A stretch of 64,000 bases of DNA, from NCBI GenBank assembly GCA_964518475.1, contig CAZFGR010000001.1, positions 224,001 through 288,000 of the forward strand, in the 5' to 3' direction. Within the stretch, counting starts at the first letter, position 1. Every line of letters starts with the position of its first letter. A model generated the notes under the pieces. The model did no database searches and had not been told where the DNA came from. It saw only the letters and a program-made list of their open reading frames with translations. Positions 9,005 through 17,759 of this stretch are shown here, piece after piece. A program made the translations under genes and the position numbers. Source of the DNA: an uncultured Nitrososphaerota archaeon. GTDB lineage: Archaea; Asgardarchaeota; Njordarchaeia; Njordarchaeales; Njordarchaeaceae.

Positions 9005-10438
9005 TTATCCAACGCCAATTCGCCTTTTTCCTATTTCTATCCAATCATCATTTAGTCTTAGGTATCCCATTTTTATTATACTAGGTTCTCTCTCCTGGTG
9101 AATATATGCTGCTTTTACTTTGAGCTTCCTTGCTTGGAAATCTATGTCTTTAAGAATTCCCACTCCTAGGAGTTCTCCGTTCTCATCCAGAAGTCCTACA
9201 TAAAGGTTGTTGTAAGTTGATTTCGGAATTATCTGAATGCGGATATCCTGAATATTTCTTCGGAAAATTATTCGCGCGATGTTTTCAACGGTTTTAAGAT
9301 CCATTTTTGATAATATAGGCGATTTTCTTATGATCTCTTCTGTTAGTTTCATTTTTGAGGCGATGTAGATTGTTTTTATTGAGACTAAGAGTCTTCTAGC
9401 CTTTGTTATTAGTTCTTCTCTAGCCTGTACATGTTTTGGTTCTCTGGTGATTATGAGGAATACGTCGGGGGATATCTCTGCCCATAGTATAGTATTGTCC
9501 TCAAATATTTTTGCTGGATTCTCTAGAGGATAGCCGCTACCGAAGACGCATTCTTGGAAACTCACTGTGTTTATATCAAGTTCTAGTGTTTTGAGTGAAA
9601 CTTTCTCGATGAATTTCTGGAAACTGTAGCTCCTTAATGCTATTCTAAGTTCTCTTCCAGTGGTTTTTAGCGTCTTGGGTGCTGGTAACCTTATTATTTT
9701 TTCTACACTGTGTCTAAGCATTCTTGACAAGTGTTCGGATTCTCTTTCTCTCTCGAGAATAATGACTATTTTTGGTTTTATGATTTCCATTTTGTACAGT
9801 TTTAATGCTCTAGCTGGTCCTCCATAGATCATACCAGTAGTGTCAATGAAGATTATGTCGCTTCTTTCTCTGAGAAACGAGATCATTTTACTAACTCCTA
9901 CGATGCATGGTAAGAGATGGCCTTCCGGTGTTTTATCGCCTACGAAGTATCCATTTTTCATGGGAAGATCTGTTAGATCAATTAATTGTTTGGAAATCAC
10001 TGCTGCGCCGATTACTCCGGGAGGACCTATTTTTGATTGCCCAATATCCGCGTCGCATATGCCTATCTTTAACCCCTTATTAACAAGAATATTTGTAGCT
10101 AATAGAATGAATGAGCTTTTGCCCACGTCTGTATAACCGAGAACGCTTATAATAAGAGGTTTCACTCGTTTAGCTTGCTCTTCTATAAGTGTAATGGTAT
10201 GATACCATTCCTCAGGAAATAGTTCGTTGCTGATGTTAGATATTTCACAGCCATTTATTAGGAGTGTTGTATCTTCGAGAACTCTTGTTGGGAGAACTCG
10301 GCCTCTAGGAACTCTAACTTCTTTTTCAGCACCAATAATTGCTCCAAATATTTCCAGTAATCCCCCCCGGATAATTATAGAGCCGTCTGAAATACCGCGA
10401 ATAAGGCATCTCTGCCCTTTTCTAAGCTTAGCTTCCAC
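9005..10438 (-). CDS. Clp1/Grc3/Nol9-family polynucleotide 5'-hydroxyl kinase
   Basis: Walker A GYTDVGKSS, DADIGQ..IGPPG, IDTTG clasp, R...R lid and N-terminal LEIFGA beta domain. Confidence 0.9.
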   Translation of the reverse strand: MEAKLRKGQRCLIRGISDGSIIIRGGLLEIFGAIIGAEKEVRVPRGRVLPTRVLEDTTLLINGCEISNISNELFPEEWYHTITLIEEQAKRVKPLIISVLGYTDVGKSSFILLATNILVNKGLKIGICDADIGQSKIGPPGVIGAAVISKQLIDLTDLPMKNGYFVGDKTPEGHLLPCIVGVSKMISFLRERSDIIFIDTTGMIYGGPARALKLYKMEIIKPKIVIILERERESEHLSRMLRHSVEKIIRLPAPKTLKTTGRELRIALRSYSFQKFIEKVSLKTLELDINTVSFQECVFGSGYPLENPAKIFEDNTILWAEISPDVFLIITREPKHVQAREELITKARRLLVSIKTIYIASKMKLTEEIIRKSPILSKMDLKTVENIARIIFRRNIQDIRIQIIPKSTYNNLYVGLLDENGELLGVGILKDIDFQARKLKVKAAYIHQEREPSIIKMGYLRLNDDWIEIGKRRIGVG

Positions 10439-10623
10439 ATTCTTGCACCCTTACGAGATAACGCCTTGTCTTACGAGAAACTCTCTACGCAACACATAAG
10501 AGTTCATGGATGGTACAACCTGCTAGCAATCTCTCTCATAGATAATCGCGGATATTACACATTTGTTTACGCTTCACACTACAAGATTACTCTGAATTAT
10601 TGCTTAAGAAGAAGATAGAAGGA

Positions 10624-10773
10624 TGGTGGGCCCGGGCGGATTTGAACCGCCGACCTCCCGGTGTCTGAGACTATCTAGACTCCGAAGCTATTTATGACAC
10701 TTGACACTTATTATTTTTATCAGGTGAGGCCTCTTATCAGCCGGGCGCTCTAGCCAGGCTGAGCTACGGGCCC
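10624..10773 (-). tRNA. tRNA-Ile(GAT) with 72-nt intron (10663-10734), CCA encoded
   Basis: Reverse complement reads GGGCCCG...CCCGG-CT-GAT-A|intron|A-CCGGG...CGGGCCCACCA; CTGA/TCAG central helix with 3-nt bulges. Confidence 0.92.
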
Positions 10774-11052
10774 AAGTTTCATTTAGCTATTCTAATCATC
10801 TTTCTACTCGAATAAGTTTTTAAAAATTTTCTTGTGGATGATTCTGCATTATATATTCTATGTTTTTACCCAGCTATACTCAGTATTACTTACTTTTCTT
10901 CTTAACTAGTTGCACACCTATAATTAACGGGCAAATATTTAGTCATTGCTTTTCACTTGTTAATTTACTCGTAGTTTATTTTGCTATTCTTTAAGCTTTA
11001 AATATTCTGTCAAGGGATTAGATACCATATCCAGATTGCGAATTAGTTGTAG

Positions 11053-11550
11053 GTGTTCATTATGGGTAAAAAAGTAACCTTGACATTTCTAGTAAAGGGC
11101 GGAGAGGCTACACCCGGACCCCCAATAGGTCCTGCTCTTGGTCCATATGGTGTGCCTATTGGCAAAGTAGTAGCTGATATTAATAAAGCCACGAGTAACT
11201 GGAAAGGTTTAGTGGTTCCAGTTAAGGTGATTATTGATACGGCTGAGAGAACTTGGCAAATAGAGGTAGGAACTCCCTACACCTCAGCATTGATTTTGAA
11301 AGAACTCAGAAAAGAAAAAGGGTCTGGGCAAGCTGGTAAAGAAATCATTGGGGATCTTCCTCTTGAGAAAGTTGTAGAAATTGCTAAAATGAAAAAAGAC
11401 AGTATGTATGTGAAGGATCTTCGAGGAGCCATTAAGAGTGTCCTAGGTACAATGGTTTCCATGGGTGTTACTTGCGAGGGCAGAGATCCTCGAGAGATTA
11501 TACGCAATCTTGATGAATGGTTAAAAAAGAAAAATATAAAGCTTGAATGA
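11053..11550 (+). CDS. rpl11: 50S ribosomal protein L11 (uL11)
   Basis: GGEATPGPPIGPALGP and GT..SMG motifs; start probably the ATG at 11062. Confidence 0.97.
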   Translation: MFIMGKKVTLTFLVKGGEATPGPPIGPALGPYGVPIGKVVADINKATSNWKGLVVPVKVIIDTAERTWQIEVGTPYTSALILKELRKEKGSGQAGKEIIGDLPLEKVVEIAKMKKDSMYVKDLRGAIKSVLGTMVSMGVTCEGRDPREIIRNLDEWLKKKNIKLE

Positions 11551-11628
11551 TATACTCATTATTTCACCCGAATCGTTTGGGTCTTGATTTGGGAGATGAA
11601 CCGATGAATCTTTGAAAGGTGATTTAAT

Positions 11629-12012
11629 ATGTCTTTGCCCCCGTATGTGACTTGGGAAACCCCCAAAGAGCTTGCTGAAGAAGCATTAAAACTTTTAGAG
11701 GAAGTAAGAAAAGAGGGTGGAAAGGTAAGAAAGGGCGTTAATGAGACAACAAAAGCTGTTGAAAGGGGTCAAGCAAAGCTTGTGTATATCGCTATGGATG
11801 TAAATCCGCCAGAAATAGTCATGCACTTACCACCTTTATGCGAGGAAAGAGGTGTACCGTATCTTTTTGTGCCATCTAAAGCAGAACTAGGTAAAGCAGC
11901 TGGAATTGAAAGACCAGCCTCCTCTGCAGCCATAGTGGAACCTGGAAGAGTAGCTGAAAGACTTCAGCGAATAATTCAAAAGATTCGGGAACTAAGGCTC
12001 ACTAAAAAATAG
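11629..12012 (+). CDS. rpl7ae: Ribosomal protein L7Ae (K-turn binding)
   Basis: [13 protein letters not shown] and HLP.LCEE motifs. Confidence 0.97.
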   Translation: MSLPPYVTWETPKELAEEALKLLEEVRKEGGKVRKGVNETTKAVERGQAKLVYIAMDVNPPEIVMHLPPLCEERGVPYLFVPSKAELGKAAGIERPASSAAIVEPGRVAERLQRIIQKIRELRLTKK

Positions 12013-12059
12013 GCCTTAAATACTCTTTCTAGTTCTTCTTTTTCTTCAATTAGTAAGAG

Positions 12060-12347
12060 GTGTACGCGGTGCCAAAAGCGAAACGATCAAAAGAAACTAA
12101 AGAAGATGCAAAAGAGGATCAGGAATTCAGCGTTGAAGATATCGGTATCCCCGCGGTAGTAGAATATATTGTAGAGAGAATGGGTCGTGCTGGAGAAGTA
12201 ATTCAAGTTCGTGCGAGAATACTTGAAGGACCAGATAAAGGAAGGATAATTACTCGTAACGTTAAGGGCCCTGTAAGGCCAGGAGATATTCTTATGCTTC
12301 GAGAAACAGAGAGGGAAGCTACAAGAATCAAAGCCCAGAGGAGGTAG
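12060..12347 (+). CDS. rps28e: 30S ribosomal protein S28e
   Basis: [25 protein letters not shown]. Confidence 0.96.
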   Translation: MYAVPKAKRSKETKEDAKEDQEFSVEDIGIPAVVEYIVERMGRAGEVIQVRARILEGPDKGRIITRNVKGPVRPGDILMLRETEREATRIKAQRR

Positions 12348-12353
12348 AAAGAT

Positions 12354-12545
12354 ATGGTTAAATGTTCCTTTTGCGGAAAGGAGATCCCTCCAGGTACTGG
12401 TTTAATGTATGTTTTTAACTCTGGTAGAATTTTATGGTTCTGTTCCAAAAAGTGCAAAGTACATGCATTGGAGAGGAAACGTAGTCCAACTAAAGTCAAA
12501 TGGACTAGGGCCTATAGATTAGCTCGTAAAAAAGCTAAAACATGA
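12354..12545 (+). CDS. rpl24e: 50S ribosomal protein L24e
   Basis: CSFCG..I.PGTG.MYV...FCS.KC. Confidence 0.96.
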   Translation: MVKCSFCGKEIPPGTGLMYVFNSGRILWFCSKKCKVHALERKRSPTKVKWTRAYRLARKKAKT

Positions 12546-12694
12546 TGAGTACTATTTTGCTAATCAGAAATTTTATTTACAGTTTTACTACCTTTTATTC
12601 TCTTCTAGTGACCTTGTAGTGTAAAGAACACTAGTAGTGCATACCCCATAACTAGCTATTTTCTTTTAGCCCTATTTTTAGGAGGTGAGGAAAA

Positions 12695-12964
12695 ATGAAA
12701 AATGATGAAAAACAGCAAGCTCTTGAGAATGCTAAGAAAATTTTAATAAAAATTTCCCGCGATTTAAGTACTCCGAGAAATATTAGAAGAGCCGCCCGTA
12801 ATGCTTTGCGGGAACTTGAAAACGAGGATTTGAGCCTAGCTTTAAGAGCCGCAAATGCTATAGATATTCTTCAGGAAATCACTGATGATCCTCAGATTCC
12901 TCCTTTCGCAAGAACAGCTATTCTTGAGGCAATTTCTCTTCTGGATATGGTAGCGAAGGAATGA
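12695..12964 (+). CDS. UPF0147 family protein
   Basis: D.STPRNIRRAA and DP.IP.FART motifs. Confidence 0.9.
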   Translation: MKNDEKQQALENAKKILIKISRDLSTPRNIRRAARNALRELENEDLSLALRAANAIDILQEITDDPQIPPFARTAILEAISLLDMVAKE

Positions 12965-13031
12965 AGAACGAGAGAAATGAATAACACAGATAATACTTGG
13001 CAAACTTTTTCTTAAAAATTAAAATTAATTT

Positions 13032-13670
13032 TTATTCCCGAACTTCCGAGATTCCTAGCTTTTCCTTAGTCATTCTGGCTAGATTCTCAAGCTCGGCTTT
13101 ATAGATTTCTGGAAAGACTCTATACAGCATGGCTAGACGAGCTGCTTCTTGGAAAACTCTCTTAACTCCTTTTCCATCGATAGCTATTGTTCTAAAGACT
13201 GGAAGTGGTCTGTCTATTCTTAAAGTTCTAAGAAGAACTGTTTCGGGTAATGCATCTGGCAAATCTCTTTTATTTAATGCAATAACTACTGGGATTTCAC
13301 CCCATTTTTTACCAAGAAACTCTCGTAACTCGTTGATACTGTAAACGTTCTCATTTATGGCCTCGGGGTCACTATCAGCTACGAATACTACCGCATCGGC
13401 TCCCTCCAGGATAACTCTTCTTTGACGCTTATGTCTCTTCTGACCCGGTACGGTGTATACATCAAACAATACTTTCCCTTTCGTTAATAGTGGCATATAA
13501 TCAAAGTATAGAGTTCTGCCCGATGGGTCTTCTACAGAATGTATTCTTCCTTTTTTTAACCCTAGGATTCTATTATATAACGCTTTAACCATAGTTGTTT
13601 TTCCGGCCATCGAGGGGCCATAGAAAACAATTTTAAACCGATAGTAACCATGTCTGTCCTTATATACCAT
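13032..13670 (-). CDS. MglA-like small GTPase
   Basis: KIVFYGPSMAGKTT, RTLYFDY, TVPGQ (G3 of the MglA type), NKRDL. Confidence 0.88.
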   Translation of the reverse strand: MVYKDRHGYYRFKIVFYGPSMAGKTTMVKALYNRILGLKKGRIHSVEDPSGRTLYFDYMPLLTKGKVLFDVYTVPGQKRHKRQRRVILEGADAVVFVADSDPEAINENVYSINELREFLGKKWGEIPVVIALNKRDLPDALPETVLLRTLRIDRPLPVFRTIAIDGKGVKRVFQEAARLAMLYRVFPEIYKAELENLARMTKEKLGISEVRE

Positions 13671-13921
13671 CTAGCTGTAACCTCCGCTCAGCCTTAATTC
13701 TATATCGTTAGCTAAGTATGGTAATTCAATATAATATTAAATATCAATTTTCTGCAGCATATGATAAAATGATTACACTACCGGAGAGACACCTCTATCT
13801 TTATTATTTAACCTCTTATGATTTATTGGAGGGATCGGCACCTAATCTTGCTTTGTGTTACTTTGTACTTAATTCTCCCTATTTTCTTTCCTTCACTATA
13901 TTAACTTATTATAAATTATTT

Positions 13922-14728
13922 TTAAAGAATGCGGGGCGCCAGTAGGTAAACTAATTCTGTTCCTCCACCTACCATGAAAGTCATCTTAAGTGGCATGTTC
14001 TTAGAATACTCTATTCTAACGACATCTGCTACCTTAGCGGCTCTTATGAATTTTCTAAGGAAGTCTAATGAGTATAAGGCCTCTGCATCATTTTTTATCT
14101 CGTATTGGACAACAGTGTCCTCTCGTTCTAAGGGTGCTACATATTCATAAAATCCACCTGTTTCGCTCTCAGCGATAAAACGCATTTCTTTTGTATCACT
14201 CGTAGTAACTAATCGTAGATCCTCTCCCACAACTTTAGCATCTGAGATTATGTCATTGAGGAAACTAGCAGGGGCGAACTCTACTAGTACGTCATACTGT
14301 AACTCCTTAACGTTTATCCTAGCTTCTTCAGGGATCTCTATAATTGGTAATGCGAAAGTCCTTTGTAATGATCGTTCGTCAAGGGTCCCCCTGAAGAAAG
14401 TGATTGCAAAGAATTGTCTATTTCTTTCCTTTCTGAGAGATAGTAATATGCTATCCTTTGCCTTTCCTCGTTGGAAAACTTTTTTCAACTCTCCAAAATT
14501 TACACCAATAACTATTGTGTCTCCATCCTCTGGGGGTTCAAAATCGTACTTGTGAAAAACATTAGCCGGCATTTTTAATATAACCATGGCCACTCTTGAT
14601 TCATCAATTGCAGAGAATTCGATACCATCTTCTCGAACATAGAAATTGCCCTCACTAATGACACCAGATATTGCCGCGATAATCTCTCTTAGCGTTTTCG
14701 CTTCATCATAAGCAGCTTCCCATCTCAT
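13922..14728 (-). CDS. pcn: PCNA sliding clamp
   Basis: AIDESRVAMV, YSLDFL, MPLKM and C-terminal YLLAPR. Confidence 0.93.
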   Translation of the reverse strand: MRWEAAYDEAKTLREIIAAISGVISEGNFYVREDGIEFSAIDESRVAMVILKMPANVFHKYDFEPPEDGDTIVIGVNFGELKKVFQRGKAKDSILLSLRKERNRQFFAITFFRGTLDERSLQRTFALPIIEIPEEARINVKELQYDVLVEFAPASFLNDIISDAKVVGEDLRLVTTSDTKEMRFIAESETGGFYEYVAPLEREDTVVQYEIKNDAEALYSLDFLRKFIRAAKVADVVRIEYSKNMPLKMTFMVGGGTELVYLLAPRIL

Positions 14729-15039
14729 CTCTATTCACCGGTACATGATAATATTAACTAAACACTGATCCAAATAAAGAGATAGAAAGATAAACATTAA
14801 ACTTTTTTGGAGACTCTACACTAATCACCAGAAGATAGACACTAAAAGAACAAAGATATAGGGAGATATTATTAATGGAATATGCTCGTAAAGGTACCTT
14901 ATTGTTTATCCTTCTTAATAGGTGGTGAGATAAGTTTGAAAGCTTTGATTTCGAGAGCCCAGAAAAATATGAAATAGCCTTACCTCCTTAGGTGCTTCTT
15001 TTTTCTCCCAATAGTTATCAGGTTGATTAGAAATTAGTG

Positions 15040-15203
15040 CCCGCCCCCGAGGTTTCCGTGTTCGGAATGGGAACGGGCGTGACCCCTCCCCTGTGGCCGC
15101 GTCCCCCTTTAAGGAGGACGCAGCAAGGGCCTTTCCCGCGCCCTCGCGGAGCGCGGTACTCGGTCCCTCGTGGGAGGGCTTAGCTTCCGGCCTCGGGGGC
15201 GGG
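15040..15203. repeat. Perfect 13-bp inverted repeat (15040-15052 / 15191-15203) forming the processing stem around the permuted 5S
   Basis: CCCGCCCCCGAGG and CCTCGGGGGCGGG are exact reverse complements. Confidence 0.95.
15054..15184 (-). rRNA. rrf: 5S rRNA, circularly permuted gene (3' half 15184-15113, linker 15112-15108, 5' half 15107-15054)
   Basis: Contains loop C CCCATTCCGAAC, helix II GGGAGGG/CCCTCCC, GCTAAGC, loop E AGTA/GAAA and a 12-bp helix I, but in permuted order. Confidence 0.93.
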
Positions 15204-15240
15204 TTCGCCTGCCAACATCATCCATTACTACAGCTCATTC

Positions 15241-15256
15241 ATTTTTAAATTTTATT
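15241..15256 (-). promoter_or_regulatory. Putative BRE/TATA promoter of the 5S precursor
   Basis: Minus strand reads AATAAAATTTAAAAAT about 20-25 nt upstream of the leader. Confidence 0.45.
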
Positions 15257-15313
15257 CTTCTTTTTATTCCTCAATCCAAATTACTGCTTGATTAGTGAAG
15301 GACTGCTGAAATC

Positions 15314-15363
15314 TCAGCCTGCCCATCGTCGCTCATCAATTCGCTCAAGGATGAATTCATCAT
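15314..15363 (-). ncRNA. Box C/D sRNA
   Basis: ATGATGA-12 nt-GCGA-at-TGATGA-15 nt-CTGA. Confidence 0.78.
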
Positions 15364-15420
15364 CGATGCCTTGTTAAAAAATCTCTTCTACGAGTTAATG
15401 TCTTATAGGGCTGTAATTGT

Positions 15421-16773
15421 TTATATGAATTTCTTAACTCTAGCTAATCTCGGGAACGGTAAAGTGTCTCGAATATGATCTAATTTTAGTATCCACATAA
15501 GCAGTCTTTCAATACCTAATCCGAAACCACTATGAGGAACGCTTCCGTATCTTCTTAGATCTAGATACCAATCATAATCCCTCGGATCGAATCCTTCAGC
15601 TTTTATCCTTTCGATTAAAACATCTGCGTTATCTTCTCTTTGACTACCGCCTATTATCTCCCCGTAACCTTCAGGAGCCAATAGATCTGCTGATAAACTT
15701 ATCTCTGGTCTTTTCTCGTCAACCTTAACGTAGAAGGCTTTAAGATGCGTGGGAAAATGCGTTAAGAAGAACCATTCTCCAATCTCTTCTGAAAGTATCT
15801 TTTCTTCATCTCCTCCAATATCATCTCCCCATTTTATTTTCATACCTTTGGATTGCAGAATCTCTATTGCCTCATCATATTTTACTCTTTTAAACGGTGG
15901 TTTTACTTCTTCTAAGGAATCCAATGAGCCCCTAAATTCCTGAATTATTTTCGAGACTACATCATTTTCAAGCAGTTTCTGGATGATGAGGTAGATAAGC
16001 TCCTCTTCTACCTTTAAAATATTTTCGAGATCATACCAAGCAGCTTCAGCTTCAAGGTGCCAATATTCTGCTAAGTGCCTTCTAGTTCTCGATTTTTCGG
16101 CTCGGAAAGAGGGAGTAAGACTCCAGACTTTTCCCAAAGAGAATATCATAACCTCCAGATATAGCTGGGCTGATTGTGAAAGATAGACCTTTGAATTGTC
16201 GAAATAATTGACGGAGAATAGCGTTGCACCTCCTTCACATGCTGTACTGACTAGAATCGGTGGGGAGACTTCATACCAACCATTTTTTCGGAAATATTCT
16301 CGTGCTGCATGTAATAATGCGTCTCGTACGACCCATATTTTGGTATATCTGAGAGAGCGAATCGCTAGATGCCTCCATCGCATAAGGACATCGGGCGGTT
16401 GTTCTTTTTTCCCCAAGGGGTATGGAGACTCGGCCACACTCGTAATCTCTAAGTCTTTTACTATGAGCTCCTCTCCTCCGGGAGCTCTAGGATTCTTGAC
16501 TAATTCACCCCTTACAACAACTGATGATTCCTGTGAAACACGCTCTAGAAGATTCCACTTATTATCTGGTAACACACCTTTTTTGGCGACAGCCTGGAGG
16601 ATTCTCCATGGAAAATCGGTAGTCCTCATATCTAAGAAGATTATTTTACCATGTTCCCTCTTCTTTACAACCCACCCTTTAAATTCTAGCAATTTATCTG
16701 TGCTCGTCATCTTAAATACCGCATGTAAAATCATACTTGCCTTGCTGTTTAATGTGTAACTAAACCAACTCAA
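15421..16773 (-). CDS. asnS: Asparagine--tRNA ligase
   Basis: OB-fold, CEGGATLF, FRAEKSRTRRHLAEYWHLEAE, EIIGGSQRE and PHSGFGLG; real start probably the ATG near 16709. Confidence 0.93.
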   Translation of the reverse strand: MSWFSYTLNSKASMILHAVFKMTSTDKLLEFKGWVVKKREHGKIIFLDMRTTDFPWRILQAVAKKGVLPDNKWNLLERVSQESSVVVRGELVKNPRAPGGEELIVKDLEITSVAESPYPLGKKEQPPDVLMRWRHLAIRSLRYTKIWVVRDALLHAAREYFRKNGWYEVSPPILVSTACEGGATLFSVNYFDNSKVYLSQSAQLYLEVMIFSLGKVWSLTPSFRAEKSRTRRHLAEYWHLEAEAAWYDLENILKVEEELIYLIIQKLLENDVVSKIIQEFRGSLDSLEEVKPPFKRVKYDEAIEILQSKGMKIKWGDDIGGDEEKILSEEIGEWFFLTHFPTHLKAFYVKVDEKRPEISLSADLLAPEGYGEIIGGSQREDNADVLIERIKAEGFDPRDYDWYLDLRRYGSVPHSGFGLGIERLLMWILKLDHIRDTLPFPRLARVKKFI

Positions 16774-16887
16774 ACAATTCCACTATCATGTTAAAGTTAG
16801 GTAGTAGTTTATGTTTAAGCATATTTATGACATCTTCTTAAAAGATGATTAACCAATTATCATACTTGACAACGTTATAAACGATAG

Positions 16888-17469
16888 GTGTCTCTCTTGT
16901 TAATAGAAGTTAGCTGGCTTGGTCGCGGTGGTCAAGGCGCTGTAACAGCTTCTCGGCTTCTTGCTAAAGCATTAGTTAAGGAAAACTTATGGGCTCAATC
17001 AATAGTCTTCTTTGGTGCAGAAAGAAGAGGTGCTCCGGTATACGCTTATAATAGGATATCTGATAAATACATAAAGTACCATCATTTCGTGCACAATCCG
17101 GATGTAGCCATAGTATTTGATGAAAGCTTGCTCAAAATAACGAACATCCTTGACCAAATAAAAGAGTCTGGTACCCTAATTCTTAACTCCACTCGAGTCC
17201 CAGAAGATCTTATTGGCAATAGAAAGAAGCTAAAAATAGCCATCGTTAATGCAACGGATATAGCATTGGAATTAGAGTTAACAGTTGCGGGGATACCTGT
17301 GGTCAATACTGCGATGATCGGAGCCTTTGCTAAGGTCATGAATATTCCATCGATAGATGCGGTAGTTGAAACAATAAAGGAAACGTGGCCAGGTAAAATG
17401 GGAGAGTTAAATGCTAAAGCAGCTAGATATGCTTACGAAAAAACAGAAGTTGTTCGTAATCTAGACTAA
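16888..17469 (+). CDS. porG: 2-oxoacid (pyruvate-type):ferredoxin oxidoreductase gamma subunit
   Basis: GRGGQGAVTA and FGAERRGAPV. Confidence 0.92.
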   Translation: MSLLLIEVSWLGRGGQGAVTASRLLAKALVKENLWAQSIVFFGAERRGAPVYAYNRISDKYIKYHHFVHNPDVAIVFDESLLKITNILDQIKESGTLILNSTRVPEDLIGNRKKLKIAIVNATDIALELELTVAGIPVVNTAMIGAFAKVMNIPSIDAVVETIKETWPGKMGELNAKAARYAYEKTEVVRNLD

Positions 17470-17490
17470 TGAGATTTGGAGGTATTGTAA

Positions 17491-17757
17491 ATGAGCCAGC
17501 CTCATTTGTTATTACCAATCTCTCGTCCCAAAATAGGTGCAGGCGGGAAAACGGGAAGTTGGCGTGTTTTTAAGCCAATAATTGATAAAGAAAAATGCAC
17601 TAAGTGCTATCAGTGCTGGATGTTTTGTCCCGAAGGAGCTATAATAGTAGGTAAAAGAGGCGATTACCCAAAAATAAACTATGACTACTGTAAGGGTTGC
17701 TTAATTTGCTACGATGTATGTCCCGTTAAAGCAATTTCTAAAGAGAAGGAGGAGTAA
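17491..17757 (+). CDS. porD: 2-oxoacid:ferredoxin oxidoreductase delta subunit (2x[4Fe-4S])
   Basis: KTGSWR..KP and two CxxCxxCxxxCP motifs. Confidence 0.93.
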   Translation: MSQPHLLLPISRPKIGAGGKTGSWRVFKPIIDKEKCTKCYQCWMFCPEGAIIVGKRGDYPKINYDYCKGCLICYDVCPVKAISKEKEE

Positions 17758-17759
17758 AA

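Noticed and set aside
10663-10734. Intron-encoded C/D guide as in euryarchaeal tRNA-Trp
   Set aside because: A CTGA is present but there is no C or C' box, even across the circular junction.
13718-13945. Short ORFs 13718-13945 and 55358-55591, and the many antisense ORFs inside long genes
   Set aside because: AT-rich intergenic or shadow frames with no motifs or ribosome-binding site.
15040-15203. Inverted repeat as MITE or transposon ends
   Set aside because: No target-site duplication or transposase; the interior is entirely 5S sequence and the stem abuts a splice motif.
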